A program made the position numbers and the translations under genes. Under the pieces are notes generated by a model, which was not told where the DNA came from, did no database searches, and saw only the letters and a program-made list of their open reading frames with translations. Below are positions 35,783 through 45,597 of a stretch of 64,000 bases of DNA, one piece after another. Each line of letters opens with the position of its first letter. The first letter of the stretch is position 1. Origin of the DNA: Methylophilaceae bacterium (GTDB lineage: Bacteria > Pseudomonadota > Gammaproteobacteria > Burkholderiales > Methylophilaceae); the NCBI GenBank assembly GCA_041612255.1, contig JBFJJN010000009.1, positions 33,640 through 97,639 of the forward strand, read 5' to 3'.

Positions 35783-38245
35783 ATGAAATTAATTAACCAA
35801 GAAAATAAAATTTATAGTGTACTCATTGTTGAAGATGAAGCCATCATCGCCATGGATTTGTCGTCGCAATTGGAAGGTATGGGTTATCAAATCTGTGCGG
35901 TTGCTGATAACGGTGAAGATGCCATTAAAATGGCTAAGCAGCATCATCCAGATTTAATCCTAATGGATGTTGTTATTAAAGGAGCAATTGACGGTATACA
36001 AACTGCTGAAAAAATTATTAAAGAATTAAAAATACCGATTATCTATCTCACGTCGTTTAGCGATGAGGATACAGTCAGACGTGCTTCAAAAACAATGCCT
36101 TATGGGTATATTTCCAAGCCTTTTTACAGCAAGGATCTGAATAGTGCAATCAAGATTGCCATTTATAAAGCCACTTTAGAGAAAAACTTAAGAAGTTCTG
36201 AACTTTGGTTTTCTGCAACTTTGAGCTGTGTATCTGATGCGGTCATCGCCACTAATACAGATTATAAAGTACATTTTATTAATCCTGCCGCTGAACTTTT
36301 GATAGAAGCAACATTAGAGGAGGTTGAGGGGCTGCATATCAATGATGTCTTTATGATTGAAGATGACATTAATGGAAGCAAATTCGAACTTAGTTCTGCA
36401 TTGCAAGACAATAAAGTTACCGATATATCATTTGGTAGCACTTTACATACGCTTAAGGGAAATAGAAGGCCGGTAGATTTTGCAGCTGCTCCAATCCGAG
36501 AGGATGGGAAGCCTTTAGGTTCTGTCATCGCTATGCGAGATGTTTCCAAACGCATTGCTTCTGAGGTGGCATTAAAAAACAGTCAAGAGCGCTTTAGAAT
36601 GGCGTTTGAAAATGCGCCTGTTGGAATGGCGTTAATCAGTCTTGAAGGATTTTATCTGCAAACCAATCATGCTATGAGCGACATTTTAGGGTTGGTAACT
36701 GGAGATTTGAATGGTGCTTTTGATAAGGATTATACCTATGCCGATGATGTAGAAATGGAGCGTGAAAATTTAAGAAAACTCATTTCTAATGAAACGGTAA
36801 GTGTTCAATTCGAGAAACGCTACGTTAATAGTGGCGGGGAGATAGTGTGGACGCTGGTGAGTGTTTCATTATTGCAGCAGGAAGGTGATCCTTTCTGTTA
36901 CCTCTATCAAGTGCATAACTACACTGATCATAAAGCTGCTGAAACGCATTTGAATTTCTTGGCGCATCACGACACGTTGACTGGGTTACTTAATCGCACT
37001 AAGTTCATGATAGAAGTTAAAAAATATCTCGCTTACGCTCAAGACAATAATGAAAATTTTGCAATCATGTTTATCGATTTGGATCATTTTAAAGATATTA
37101 ATGACTCACTAGGACATGATGTTGGCGATAAATTGCTAGTTGATGTTGCTGGTAAATTAAAAGAGTCTATTCGTGATGTTGATTTAATTGCTAGACTTGG
37201 TGGTGATGAGTTCACGATCATGCTAAGGGATGTCAATGTCGAGGACATGGTTCATGTGGTTGCTGACAAAATCCAAAGCAATTTATTTATACCACTGAAT
37301 ATTGAAAATAACAGTATTAGTTGTCAGTGCAGTATAGGGGTCAGTTTATTTCCAAAAGATGGTAATGATGTTAAGTCACTTCTAAAAAATGCGGATAACG
37401 CTTTATACCTCGCTAAACGGAAAGGTAGAAATAATGTACGATTCTATCATCCTGGACTCGGCTATGAGTTAACTAAAAAGCTTAGGCTCGATAAAGATCT
37501 CAGAACAGCAATAGCAGAAACCCAGTTTGAGTTATATTACCAACCAATTGTTTCTAATCGGACTGATGGGCAGTTTGCTTGCGAGGCATTAGTCCGTTGG
37601 AACCATCCTTCCCGCGGATTAATCATGCCCGCAGAGTTTATTTCTGCGGCAGAGGAATCTGGCTTGATTGTTGAAATTGGAGCTTGGGTTTTAGAAACTG
37701 CTTGTTTTCAAGCTGCAAATTGGCAGAAAAGTATGGGGGACATGCAAGTTTCCGTAAACGTTTCGCCAAAACAATTTTTTTCTGGCGATATCTATAGAAC
37801 GATAAAGAACGCATTAGAACGCAGTAAGTTAAACCCTCATTTGCTTACAGTAGAAGTGACAGAGGAGCTCTTTTTAAAAAACACTACAGTCAATTTAGAT
37901 CTCATTAATAAAATAAAAGAAATGGGGGTCAAAATTTCGATAGACGATTTTGGTATCGGCTACTCATCGTTAAGATACATTAAACTGTTTGGTCCGCATA
38001 AAATTAAGATTGATCGTTCGTTCATTCGAGACATTGATACGAATCCAGAAAGTAATGCTATCGTCAATGCGATTATTGCGATGGGTAAGGCGTTAAATAT
38101 TGAGTTGGTTGCTGAAGGAGTCGAAAGTTTAGAAATTAATACGATGTTGCAATCACTCTCTTGCGATTCCGTACAAGGCTACTTTTATAGCAAGCCACTT
38201 CCATTAAGAGATTTTGAAGATTGGTTTAATCAGTTTAAAAATTAA
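35783..38245 (+). CDS. Response regulator REC - PAS - PAS - GGDEF - EAL (c-di-GMP turnover)
   Basis: 820 aa. REC (VLIVEDE...LILMDV), two PAS domains, an intact GGDEF (RLGGDEFTIML with upstream DLDHFKDINDSLGH) and an intact EAL (CEALVRWNHP...DDFGIGYSSL...KIDRSF). Confidence 0.9.
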   Translation: MKLINQENKIYSVLIVEDEAIIAMDLSSQLEGMGYQICAVADNGEDAIKMAKQHHPDLILMDVVIKGAIDGIQTAEKIIKELKIPIIYLTSFSDEDTVRRASKTMPYGYISKPFYSKDLNSAIKIAIYKATLEKNLRSSELWFSATLSCVSDAVIATNTDYKVHFINPAAELLIEATLEEVEGLHINDVFMIEDDINGSKFELSSALQDNKVTDISFGSTLHTLKGNRRPVDFAAAPIREDGKPLGSVIAMRDVSKRIASEVALKNSQERFRMAFENAPVGMALISLEGFYLQTNHAMSDILGLVTGDLNGAFDKDYTYADDVEMERENLRKLISNETVSVQFEKRYVNSGGEIVWTLVSVSLLQQEGDPFCYLYQVHNYTDHKAAETHLNFLAHHDTLTGLLNRTKFMIEVKKYLAYAQDNNENFAIMFIDLDHFKDINDSLGHDVGDKLLVDVAGKLKESIRDVDLIARLGGDEFTIMLRDVNVEDMVHVVADKIQSNLFIPLNIENNSISCQCSIGVSLFPKDGNDVKSLLKNADNALYLAKRKGRNNVRFYHPGLGYELTKKLRLDKDLRTAIAETQFELYYQPIVSNRTDGQFACEALVRWNHPSRGLIMPAEFISAAEESGLIVEIGAWVLETACFQAANWQKSMGDMQVSVNVSPKQFFSGDIYRTIKNALERSKLNPHLLTVEVTEELFLKNTTVNLDLINKIKEMGVKISIDDFGIGYSSLRYIKLFGPHKIKIDRSFIRDIDTNPESNAIVNAIIAMGKALNIELVAEGVESLEINTMLQSLSCDSVQGYFYSKPLPLRDFEDWFNQFKN

Positions 38246-38524
38246 CATCCGCTTTATTTATATGATTTTAATTGGTTGGTGAATATATTGCTCTTGAACA
38301 GTATCTAATGCATTAGGCTATATACTCTACTTGCAAAGTTGTTTTGTTGTGGTGGAGCTGCGGGGCAGCTCCTCATATGGGTGCTCTATCCTTAGGCTTT
38401 GACTCAGATCGCATCGTATACTCACAGCGTCCAACAGAGTAGTGCTTTGCGAGTCAAACCCAAAGAGTGAGCTTTTATGCACTTTCATCAAACAAAAAAG
38501 TACCCCAAAGGGTGCTTTAATCTT

Positions 38525-38617
38525 TGGCGGAGAGCGAGGGATTCGAACCCTCGATACAGGTCTACCCCGTATGCTTCCTTAGCAGGGAAGTGCCTTCGAC
38601 CACTCGGCCAGCTCTCC
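38525..38617 (-). tRNA. tRNA-Ser (anticodon GCU)
   Basis: Reverse complement: ggagagctggccgagtggtcgaaggcacttccctGCTaaggaag...long variable arm...gagggttcgaatccctcgctctccgcca. Class II tRNA with CCA encoded. Confidence 0.92.
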
Positions 38618-38689
38618 GTTTTATGCTTTTTACTACGCTATAAGGGCGCGATATTACGCGAAACTTGTATTTAAATCAATGAAAAAGAT

Positions 38690-39925
38690 TTAGGCTTCTT
38701 CTAATTCAAATGCTTGATGTAAAGCGCGTACAGCAAGTTCCATGTATTTTTCTTCGATAACTACCGCAATTTTTATTTCACTGGTAGAAATCATCTGTAT
38801 GTTAATGCCTTCTTCTGACAGTGTGCGAAACATTTGGCTTGCTACGCCAACATGTGACCGCATACCTACGCCAACGACAGAAACCTTAGCAATATTACCA
38901 TCGCCTTTTATTTCACGCGCATGAATGAGCGGTTGTACTTTGTTGCGCAAAATCTCAAGTGCTTTATTCATTTCATTTTTATGAACAGTAAACGTGATGT
39001 CAGTTGTACCATCGGCACCTTGGTTTTGAATAATCATATCAACATCAATGTTGGCATCTGCCACTGGACCTAAGATCTGATAAGCAATTCCTGGTGTATC
39101 TGGTACACCTAGTATGGTGAGTTTTGCTTCATCACGATTAAATGCGATACCAGAAATAAGAGGTTCTTCCATATTGTCGTCCTTACTATCTTCTTCAAAT
39201 GTAATAAGTGTGCCTTCGCCATCCTCTTGGAAGCTTGAAAGCACACGTAATTTAACTTTATATTTACCCGCAAATTCTACAGAGCGGGTTTGTAAAACTT
39301 TGCTACCTTGTGAGGCAAGTTCTAACATTTCCTCAAATGTAATTCTGTCTAATCGTCTTGCCTCTGGCACGACGCGCGGGTCAGTTGTATAGACGCCATC
39401 AACGTCGGTATAAATTTGGCACTCGTCTGCTTTAAGTGCGGCTGCTAAAGCAACACCTGTTGTATCAGAGCCACCACGTCCTAGCGTTGTGATATTACCT
39501 TTTGCATCACAACCTTGGAAGCCTGCAACGACAACGACATAGCCATCGTCCAAATCTTTTTGCATATGATGACCATCAATGTCGATAATGCGCGCTTTAC
39601 CATATGACTCGTCAGTTAGAATTCTTACTTGTGAACCTGTATAGCTTTTTGCCTTAAAGCCAAGCTCTTGTAAGGCGAGACAAGTTAAGCCTATCGTCAC
39701 TTGTTCACCAGTGGAAATAATCACATCCAGTTCACGCGGATCAGGTGTCTGTGTTACTTCATGAGCTAATGCGATTAAACGATTAGTTTCACCAGACATG
39801 GCAGAAACGACCACCACAATTTGATGTCCTTTTTTCTTGAAACGCCCAACTCTGCTCGCTAGATTACGAATACGATCTGCATTCGCAACTGAAGTCCCAC
39901 CATATTTTTGTACAATTAATGCCAT
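38690..39925 (-). CDS. lysC: Aspartate kinase
   Basis: 411 aa. VQKYGGTSV, VVVSAM, GRGGSDT and two C-terminal ACT domains. Confidence 0.92.
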   Translation of the reverse strand: MALIVQKYGGTSVANADRIRNLASRVGRFKKKGHQIVVVVSAMSGETNRLIALAHEVTQTPDPRELDVIISTGEQVTIGLTCLALQELGFKAKSYTGSQVRILTDESYGKARIIDIDGHHMQKDLDDGYVVVVAGFQGCDAKGNITTLGRGGSDTTGVALAAALKADECQIYTDVDGVYTTDPRVVPEARRLDRITFEEMLELASQGSKVLQTRSVEFAGKYKVKLRVLSSFQEDGEGTLITFEEDSKDDNMEEPLISGIAFNRDEAKLTILGVPDTPGIAYQILGPVADANIDVDMIIQNQGADGTTDITFTVHKNEMNKALEILRNKVQPLIHAREIKGDGNIAKVSVVGVGMRSHVGVASQMFRTLSEEGINIQMISTSEIKIAVVIEEKYMELAVRALHQAFELEEA

Positions 39926-39947
39926 GATTTACTATCTAAATAATAAG

Positions 39948-42587
39948 TTAATGTTGTATTTTCTCTTTTACCCAGTCTTCTACACTGGCTAATGCTTGTG
40001 GTAATTGACTTGCATCTGTGCCGCCAGCCATTGCCATATCTGGTTTCCCGCCACCTTTGCCACCAACTTGTGAGGCAACATGATTGACTAAATCACCCGC
40101 TTTAATCGCGGTGATTAAGTCTTTAGTTACCCCTGCGACTAGACTTACTTTTTCGTCGTTGACGGAAGCCAGTACAATGGCAGCAGACTTCAGCTTATCT
40201 TTTAATTTATCCACGGTGTCGCGCAAAGTATTGGCATCGGCGCCTTCTAAAGTGGCCGTTAATACTTTAATGCCATTAATATCAATCGCTTGTGTGGCTA
40301 AGTCATCACCTTGTGATGAAGCCAGTTTGCCTTTAGCAGTTGCTAACTCACGTTCTAGCTTTTTGATTTGATCAATGAGTCCGTCCACACGGTTAGGTAC
40401 ATCAGCGGGTAACACTTTCAATGTGCCGGCGACGCCACCTAAGGTCGTTTCCATGCCCTGCAAATACAGTAATGCATTTTCTGCGGTTACTGCCTCAATG
40501 CGTCGAACACCAGCAGCAACGCCACCTTCTGCGATAATAGTAAATAAACCAATATCGCCAGTTCGGTTAACGTGTGTGCCACCACAAAGCTCGATAGAAG
40601 AACCAATATCTAAAACGCGTACTTCGTCGCCATATTTTTCACCAAACAGCATCATTGCGCCTGTTTCTTTGGCCGCATCAATCGACATCACACGCGATTG
40701 TGTTGCTACATTAGCAAACACTTCAGTATTGACAATTCGCTCAACTTCACGAATTTGCTCGTTCGTCATTGGCGCATGATGCACAAAGTCGAAGCGAGTT
40801 TTTTCCATATCCACTAAGCTGCCTTTTTGTTGTACATGCTCTCCCAATACTTCACGCAATGCTTTATGCATTAAATGTGTTGCAGAATGGTTACGCATGG
40901 TTGCCGTGCGGGCTTGCAAATTCACTTTTGCAGTCAGCGTGTCCCCAACTCTCAATGTGCCAGTTTTTAGTATGCCGTGATGTCCAAATACGGTTGCTTG
41001 TACTTTTTGCGTGTCTTCTACTGCAAACAGTCCGCTACCAGATTTGAGCTCACCACAATCACCAACTTGACCGCCAGATTCCGCATAAAAAGGTGTATTG
41101 TCTAAAATAATGACACCTTGATCGCCTTCAGATAACTGTTCAACAGATGTGCCATCCTTATACAATGCAGTGATATTGCCTTTGGTTTCTAATTGGTCGT
41201 AGCCATGGAAGGTAGTGGCAATGCCAGCGTATTCTAAATTAGCCGCCATTTTAAATTTACCAGCCGAACGTGCTTGTTCTTTTTGACGTTTCATCGCAGC
41301 ATCAAAACCAGCCGTATCCATCATCACATTTCGCTCGCGGCAAATATCTGCAGTCAAATCTAAAGGAAATCCATATGTGTCATGCAGTTTAAATGCGGTT
41401 TCACCATTAAAGATTTCTTTAGTGCTTTTAAGCTCAGCTTCTAAAATTGCCATGCCATTTTCAATCGTTTCAAAAAATCGATCTTCTTCTTGTTTTAACG
41501 TGGCTGCGATGCGTTTTTGTTCTGAGATAAGCTCTGGATAAGCCTCACCCATTTCGCTCACTAAATCAGGCAACATTAGATAGAAAAAGGCTTTTCGAGC
41601 GCCAAGCTTATAGCCATGCCGAATCGCACGGCGAATAATGCGGCGCAACACAAAACCACGACCTTCACTGCCTGGAATGACGCCGTCTGCAATTAAGAAT
41701 GAACATGCACGAATATGATCCGCTAATACTTTAAGACTAGGTGTCGCTAAATTGGTAGTTCTTGTCTCGCGTGCTGCAGCTTTAATCAGTGTTTGAAATA
41801 AATCAATCTCATAGTTAGCATGCACCCCTTGCAAAATAGCCGAAATACGTTCCAAACCCATGCCAGTATCTACGCTCGGTTTTGGCAAAGCGTGCATGAC
41901 GCCTGCTTCATCGCGATTAAATTGCATAAATACATTATTCCAAATTTCAATAAAGCGATCGCCATCTTCGTCTGGACTGCCTGGAGGGCCACCAGGAATA
42001 TGTGCGCCATGATCATAGAAAATTTCGGAACACGGACCGCAAGGGCCAGTGTCACCCATCATCCAAAAGTTGTCAGACGCATAGCGTGCGCCTTTGTTAT
42101 CGCCAATGCGAATGATTTTGTCAGCTGGTACGCCGATTTCTTTAAGCCAAATATCATAGGCTTCATCATCTTCTGCATAAACAGTAACGAGTAGTTTTTC
42201 AGTTGGTAGTTTGTAAACTTCCGTTAGTAATTCCCACGCATATTGAATAGCCTCGCGTTTGAAGTAGTCGCCAAAGCTAAAGTTACCTAACATTTCAAAG
42301 AAGGTGTGATGACGTGCTGTGTAGCCGACATTTTCTAAATCGTTGTGTTTGCCACCTGCGCGTACACATTTTTGACTAGTCGTTGCGCGCGTGTAAGCGC
42401 GCTTATCAAAACCCAAAAATACGTCTTTGAATTGATTCATGCCGGCATTAGTAAAGAGCAGAGTAGGGTCGTCATGCGGCACCAGCGAACTAGATGCAAC
42501 AGCGGTATGCCCTTTAGAAACGAAAAAATCTAAAAATGCTTTTCTAATGTCATTACTACTTGGATTGTTAGTTAATTTAGTCGTCAT
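39948..42587 (-). CDS. alaS: Alanine--tRNA ligase
   Basis: 879 aa. [18 protein letters not shown], the editing domain HxxxH (HSATHLMH) and CGGTH, and a DHHA1 C-terminus. Confidence 0.97.
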   Translation of the reverse strand: MTTKLTNNPSSNDIRKAFLDFFVSKGHTAVASSSLVPHDDPTLLFTNAGMNQFKDVFLGFDKRAYTRATTSQKCVRAGGKHNDLENVGYTARHHTFFEMLGNFSFGDYFKREAIQYAWELLTEVYKLPTEKLLVTVYAEDDEAYDIWLKEIGVPADKIIRIGDNKGARYASDNFWMMGDTGPCGPCSEIFYDHGAHIPGGPPGSPDEDGDRFIEIWNNVFMQFNRDEAGVMHALPKPSVDTGMGLERISAILQGVHANYEIDLFQTLIKAAARETRTTNLATPSLKVLADHIRACSFLIADGVIPGSEGRGFVLRRIIRRAIRHGYKLGARKAFFYLMLPDLVSEMGEAYPELISEQKRIAATLKQEEDRFFETIENGMAILEAELKSTKEIFNGETAFKLHDTYGFPLDLTADICRERNVMMDTAGFDAAMKRQKEQARSAGKFKMAANLEYAGIATTFHGYDQLETKGNITALYKDGTSVEQLSEGDQGVIILDNTPFYAESGGQVGDCGELKSGSGLFAVEDTQKVQATVFGHHGILKTGTLRVGDTLTAKVNLQARTATMRNHSATHLMHKALREVLGEHVQQKGSLVDMEKTRFDFVHHAPMTNEQIREVERIVNTEVFANVATQSRVMSIDAAKETGAMMLFGEKYGDEVRVLDIGSSIELCGGTHVNRTGDIGLFTIIAEGGVAAGVRRIEAVTAENALLYLQGMETTLGGVAGTLKVLPADVPNRVDGLIDQIKKLERELATAKGKLASSQGDDLATQAIDINGIKVLTATLEGADANTLRDTVDKLKDKLKSAAIVLASVNDEKVSLVAGVTKDLITAIKAGDLVNHVASQVGGKGGGKPDMAMAGGTDASQLPQALASVEDWVKEKIQH

Positions 42588-43062
42588 TATCTTGTTTACT
42601 GAGTACTTTTTTTATCGTATCGAAGCCAAAGCCACGGCTTTGTAAGAATCTTGCTTGTTTTGCCCATTCTTCGCGGTTGTTTGCCACATCTTTAAATTTC
42701 TTACGCCAAACTTCGGTCGCATATTCCAATTCATTTTCTTTTATTTCAGCTACTGCACTAGCGATTAAATCATCTGCAATGCCTTTTTCTCTTAATTCAT
42801 TTGCTACTTTTGCGCTTCCAAACTTTACTTTTCTGGCATTAATCATTTGAGCAGTAAATCGTGCATCAGACAGCCAGCCTCTCGCTTTAAAATCGGCTAA
42901 TAGTGCAGGAATGTCATCCGATTCATCCGCATAAGCTTTAAGCTTTTGCCCCAGCTCAACTGTAGAGTATTCACGCTTACCTAAATACTCAAGCGCACGT
43001 TGCCGCAACGATTTCTGCTGAGGCTGTTTCAGCTTATTCGTCACCTTCTTCGCGCGGCGCAA
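42577..43062 (-). CDS. recX: RecA regulator RecX
   Basis: 161 aa, [19 protein letters not shown] helical repeats, position between recA and alaS. The exact start is uncertain because the ORF overlaps the recA end by 29 nt. Confidence 0.8.
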   Translation of the reverse strand: MRRAKKVTNKLKQPQQKSLRQRALEYLGKREYSTVELGQKLKAYADESDDIPALLADFKARGWLSDARFTAQMINARKVKFGSAKVANELREKGIADDLIASAVAEIKENELEYATEVWRKKFKDVANNREEWAKQARFLQSRGFGFDTIKKVLSKQDNDD

Positions 43063-44065
43063 TCATTCCATCAAGTAATACTTTAGAGTTGCTGCGAATT
43101 TTTGCATCAATCTCATTGGCAATATCTGGATTTTCTTTTAAAAATTGACGTGCATTGTCTTTACCTTGGCCGATTTTTTCACCGTTGTAGCTGTACCAAG
43201 AGCCTGCTTTTTCAACAAACTTCAAGTTGACGCCTAGCTCAATGATTTCACCTTCACGTGAAATGCCTTCGCCATACAAAATATCAAACTCAGCCTGCTT
43301 AAATGGCGGCGCCACTTTGTTTTTAATGACTTTAACGCGCGTTTCTGAACCAACGACTTCATCTCCACGCTTAATTGCACCTGTGCGGCGGATATCTAAA
43401 CGAACAGAAGCGTAGAACTTAAGCGCGTTACCACCCGTTGTCGTTTCTGGATTACCAAACATCACGCCAATTTTCATACGGATTTGGTTAATAAAAATAA
43501 CCAAGGTGTTGGTGCGTTTAATGTTGCCCGTTAGCTTACGTAAAGCCTGGCTCATTAAGCGTGCTTGTAAGCCCATGTGTGAATCACCCATATCGCCTTC
43601 AATCTCAGCGCGCGGAGTTAATGCTGCAACCGAGTCAACCACAACAATGTCCACAGAGCCAGAACGTACTAGCATGTCGGCAATTTCTAATGCTTGCTCG
43701 CCAGTATCTGGTTGAGAAATCAATAAATCAGGTACATTAACGCCTAATTTGGCGGCATATTGTGGGTCTAATGCATGCTCCGCATCAATAAAAGCAGCGG
43801 TGCCACCGGCTTTTTGCATTTGCGCGATAACTGATAAAGTTAGCGTTGTTTTACCTGAAGATTCTGGACCGTAAATTTCCACCACGCGACCACGCGGCAA
43901 ACCACCAATGCCAAGTGCAATATCTAAGCCTAGTGAACCAGTTGATACGGATTGAATATCAGCATCAATCTCACTATCCCCCATGCGCATAATGGAGCCT
44001 TTACCAAATTGTTTCTCAATTTGAGAAAGGGCTGCTGCCAGTGCTTTGCTTTTATTATCATCCAT
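43034..44065 (-). CDS. recA: Recombinase RecA
   Basis: 343 aa. [10 protein letters not shown], Walker [11 protein letters not shown], and near-identity to canonical RecA throughout. Confidence 0.98.
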   Translation of the reverse strand: MDDNKSKALAAALSQIEKQFGKGSIMRMGDSEIDADIQSVSTGSLGLDIALGIGGLPRGRVVEIYGPESSGKTTLTLSVIAQMQKAGGTAAFIDAEHALDPQYAAKLGVNVPDLLISQPDTGEQALEIADMLVRSGSVDIVVVDSVAALTPRAEIEGDMGDSHMGLQARLMSQALRKLTGNIKRTNTLVIFINQIRMKIGVMFGNPETTTGGNALKFYASVRLDIRRTGAIKRGDEVVGSETRVKVIKNKVAPPFKQAEFDILYGEGISREGEIIELGVNLKFVEKAGSWYSYNGEKIGQGKDNARQFLKENPDIANEIDAKIRSNSKVLLDGMIAPREEGDE

Positions 44066-44282
44066 GTGCTTTTCCCTTTGTATGAGCCTTTAAATTAACT
44101 TGTAATTATTTCACAGTTTGCCATTTAAGGTAAGGGTTAAGGTTGTGTGTTGATGGCTTATTGTGAGAAGATTACTTAACTTAAATGAGTCGTTCAATGA
44201 GTTAAAAGAAGAATGTCAACGTTATCCATGTTTAACCGTTGATTGCCAATAGGGGAGTAACGTTTTACAAGGAGTACAACAG

Positions 44283-44627
44283 ATGAAAGTTATTAAAATC
44301 ATCATTGCAACAGTTGCTATGGTCGCTGCAACAGCGACAACTGTACAAGCGCGAGATTCATTTAGCATAGGTGTGAATATTGGTGGAAATAATCATGGCC
44401 ACGGATATTCGACACATTCGATCGGAACGCACCGTCATGCACCAGCCTTTTATGGCTATTATGGCGCGCCTACGGTTTATTATTCTCCGCAACCGATTGT
44501 TTATTACGCGCCACCAATCCGATACAACCATTACCAGCCATATGCCTATGACAGGCGAGATGTTCGTCGACATAACGGCGATAGGCATCACAATCGTCAC
44601 GATGATGGGCGTCGCGGTAGACGCTAG
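44283..44627 (+). CDS. Secreted His/Tyr/Pro/Arg-rich low-complexity protein (hypothetical)
   Basis: 114 aa. AAGGAG RBS 8 nt upstream and a signal peptide (..TVQA/RD). The mature part is HGHGYSTHSIGTHRH, YYxxP repeats and an RRHNGDRHHNRHDDGRRGRR tail. Chosen over two overlapping alternative-frame ORFs because of the RBS and signal peptide. Confidence 0.55.
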   Translation: MKVIKIIIATVAMVAATATTVQARDSFSIGVNIGGNNHGHGYSTHSIGTHRHAPAFYGYYGAPTVYYSPQPIVYYAPPIRYNHYQPYAYDRRDVRRHNGDRHHNRHDDGRRGRR

Positions 44628-45139
44628 TTGAAGTTTGAGTTGTTGAATAACTCCATCAGTCCGTTAAACAGTTGAATAACGGACTGATGGCGAATTTGTT
44701 GGCGATTGCCGGTGAATAGTTTGGTTGTGGTAATGACGCGGCCACTTTTATTGGCAAAAGCAAAGCAAACGGTGCCGATAGGTTTATCTATTGATCCACC
44801 TGTTGGACCAGCGATGCCAGTAATGCTGCCTGCAATATCGGCAAGGCTATAATTAAGTGCGCCGATTGCCATTTCTTTCGCGGTTTCTTCGCTGACAGCA
44901 CCATATTCAATGAGTGTTTTTTCGGATACATCTAGCATGCTTTGTTTGGCTTCATTCGTATAAGTAACAAATCCACGATCAAACCAAGCAGAACTCCCAG
45001 CAACATCCGTAATAGCGGCAGAAGCTAAACCACCCGAACAAGACTCAGCTAGTGCAAGGGTAAAGTTCTTTTCTTTGAGGGCCAGACCAAGCTGCGTGCT
45101 CAGTTTTAAGAAATCATCCATAGCAAACCTTTTAAACAA
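44624..45139 (-). CDS. pncC: CinA C-terminal-domain protein / nicotinamide-nucleotide amidohydrolase PncC
   Basis: 171 aa. LALAESCSGGLASAAITDVAGSS..F.RGFVTY.NEAK is the CinA_C signature. Common neighbour of recA. Confidence 0.85.
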   Translation of the reverse strand: MFKRFAMDDFLKLSTQLGLALKEKNFTLALAESCSGGLASAAITDVAGSSAWFDRGFVTYTNEAKQSMLDVSEKTLIEYGAVSEETAKEMAIGALNYSLADIAGSITGIAGPTGGSIDKPIGTVCFAFANKSGRVITTTKLFTGNRQQIRHQSVIQLFNGLMELFNNSNFN

Positions 45140-45597
45140 ATCATGGCATAAATGGCGGCTAGCAAATCATCGAACATGACGCCGAAGCCGCCTTTTAATT
45201 GCGCATCGCATTGGCGAATGGGAAAAGGCTTCCATATATCAAATAGCCTAAATAAGAAAAAAGCCACTAACCACCATTGCCATTGACTAGGCGCAATAGT
45301 GAGCACCAACATCATTGCCACAATTTCATCCCAAACAATACTGCCATGATCGCTGACGCCTAATGCTTTTCCCGCTACATCGCAAAAATAAATACCAATA
45401 ACAAAAGCAATTGCGATGATCGCTAGCTGAACATTCGCTGGGTAAGTTGATATGAGGTAAAACACTGGCAAACCAACAAGTGTACCGAATGTGCCAGGTG
45501 CTTTTGGTGCTAGACCGCTGCCAAATCCTAGCGCTAAAAAGTGTGCAGGATGGGCGAATAAAAAGGCAAGGTTAGGTTGTTTAGGCAAAGTGGTCAT
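45106..45597 (-). CDS. pgpA: Phosphatidylglycerophosphatase A
   Basis: 163 aa. LGFGSGLAPKAPGTFGTL...DHGSIVWDE...FDIWKPFPI. Confidence 0.88.
   Translation of the reverse strand: MTTLPKQPNLAFLFAHPAHFLALGFGSGLAPKAPGTFGTLVGLPVFYLISTYPANVQLAIIAIAFVIGIYFCDVAGKALGVSDHGSIVWDEIVAMMLVLTIAPSQWQWWLVAFFLFRLFDIWKPFPIRQCDAQLKGGFGVMFDDLLAAIYAMICLKGLLWMIS

Noticed and set aside
38349-38480. Possible tmRNA 3' end, SRP RNA or c-di-GMP riboswitch
   Set aside because: The minus strand ends ..CAGCTCCACCA like E. coli tmRNA, but there is no T-arm (TTCRA loop). CGCAAAGCACTACTCTGTTGG resembles part of 4.5S RNA, but the conserved GGAAGCAGCC domain IV is absent. GEMM-I hallmarks (GGGCAAAC, GGGACGCAAAGCC) are not matched, and no gene lies downstream. 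I kept it only as an unclassified structured element.
29768-38617. Genomic island bounded by tRNA-Arg and tRNA-Ser
   Set aside because: No integrase, transposase, direct repeat of a tRNA 3' end or obvious compositional break was seen. Only the pseudogene and the accessory signalling genes hint at plasticity, so I did not call a mobile element.
38477-38674. 65-aa plus-strand ORF
   Set aside because: It is the antisense translation of tRNA-Ser(GCU) and its flanks.
44098-44117. LexA/SOS box upstream of recA
   Set aside because: The minus strand reads AACTGTGAAATAATTACAAG. It has the CTGT half-site, but the second half is ACAA at N9 spacing instead of ACAG at N8. That is too weak to call without knowing the lineage-specific LexA motif.
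44358-44631. Alternative-frame ORFs (80 aa minus, 83 aa plus) over the His/Tyr-rich gene
   Set aside because: Neither has an RBS or signal peptide. They are a by-product of the repetitive codon composition. The 44283..44627 frame is preferred but is not experimentally proven.
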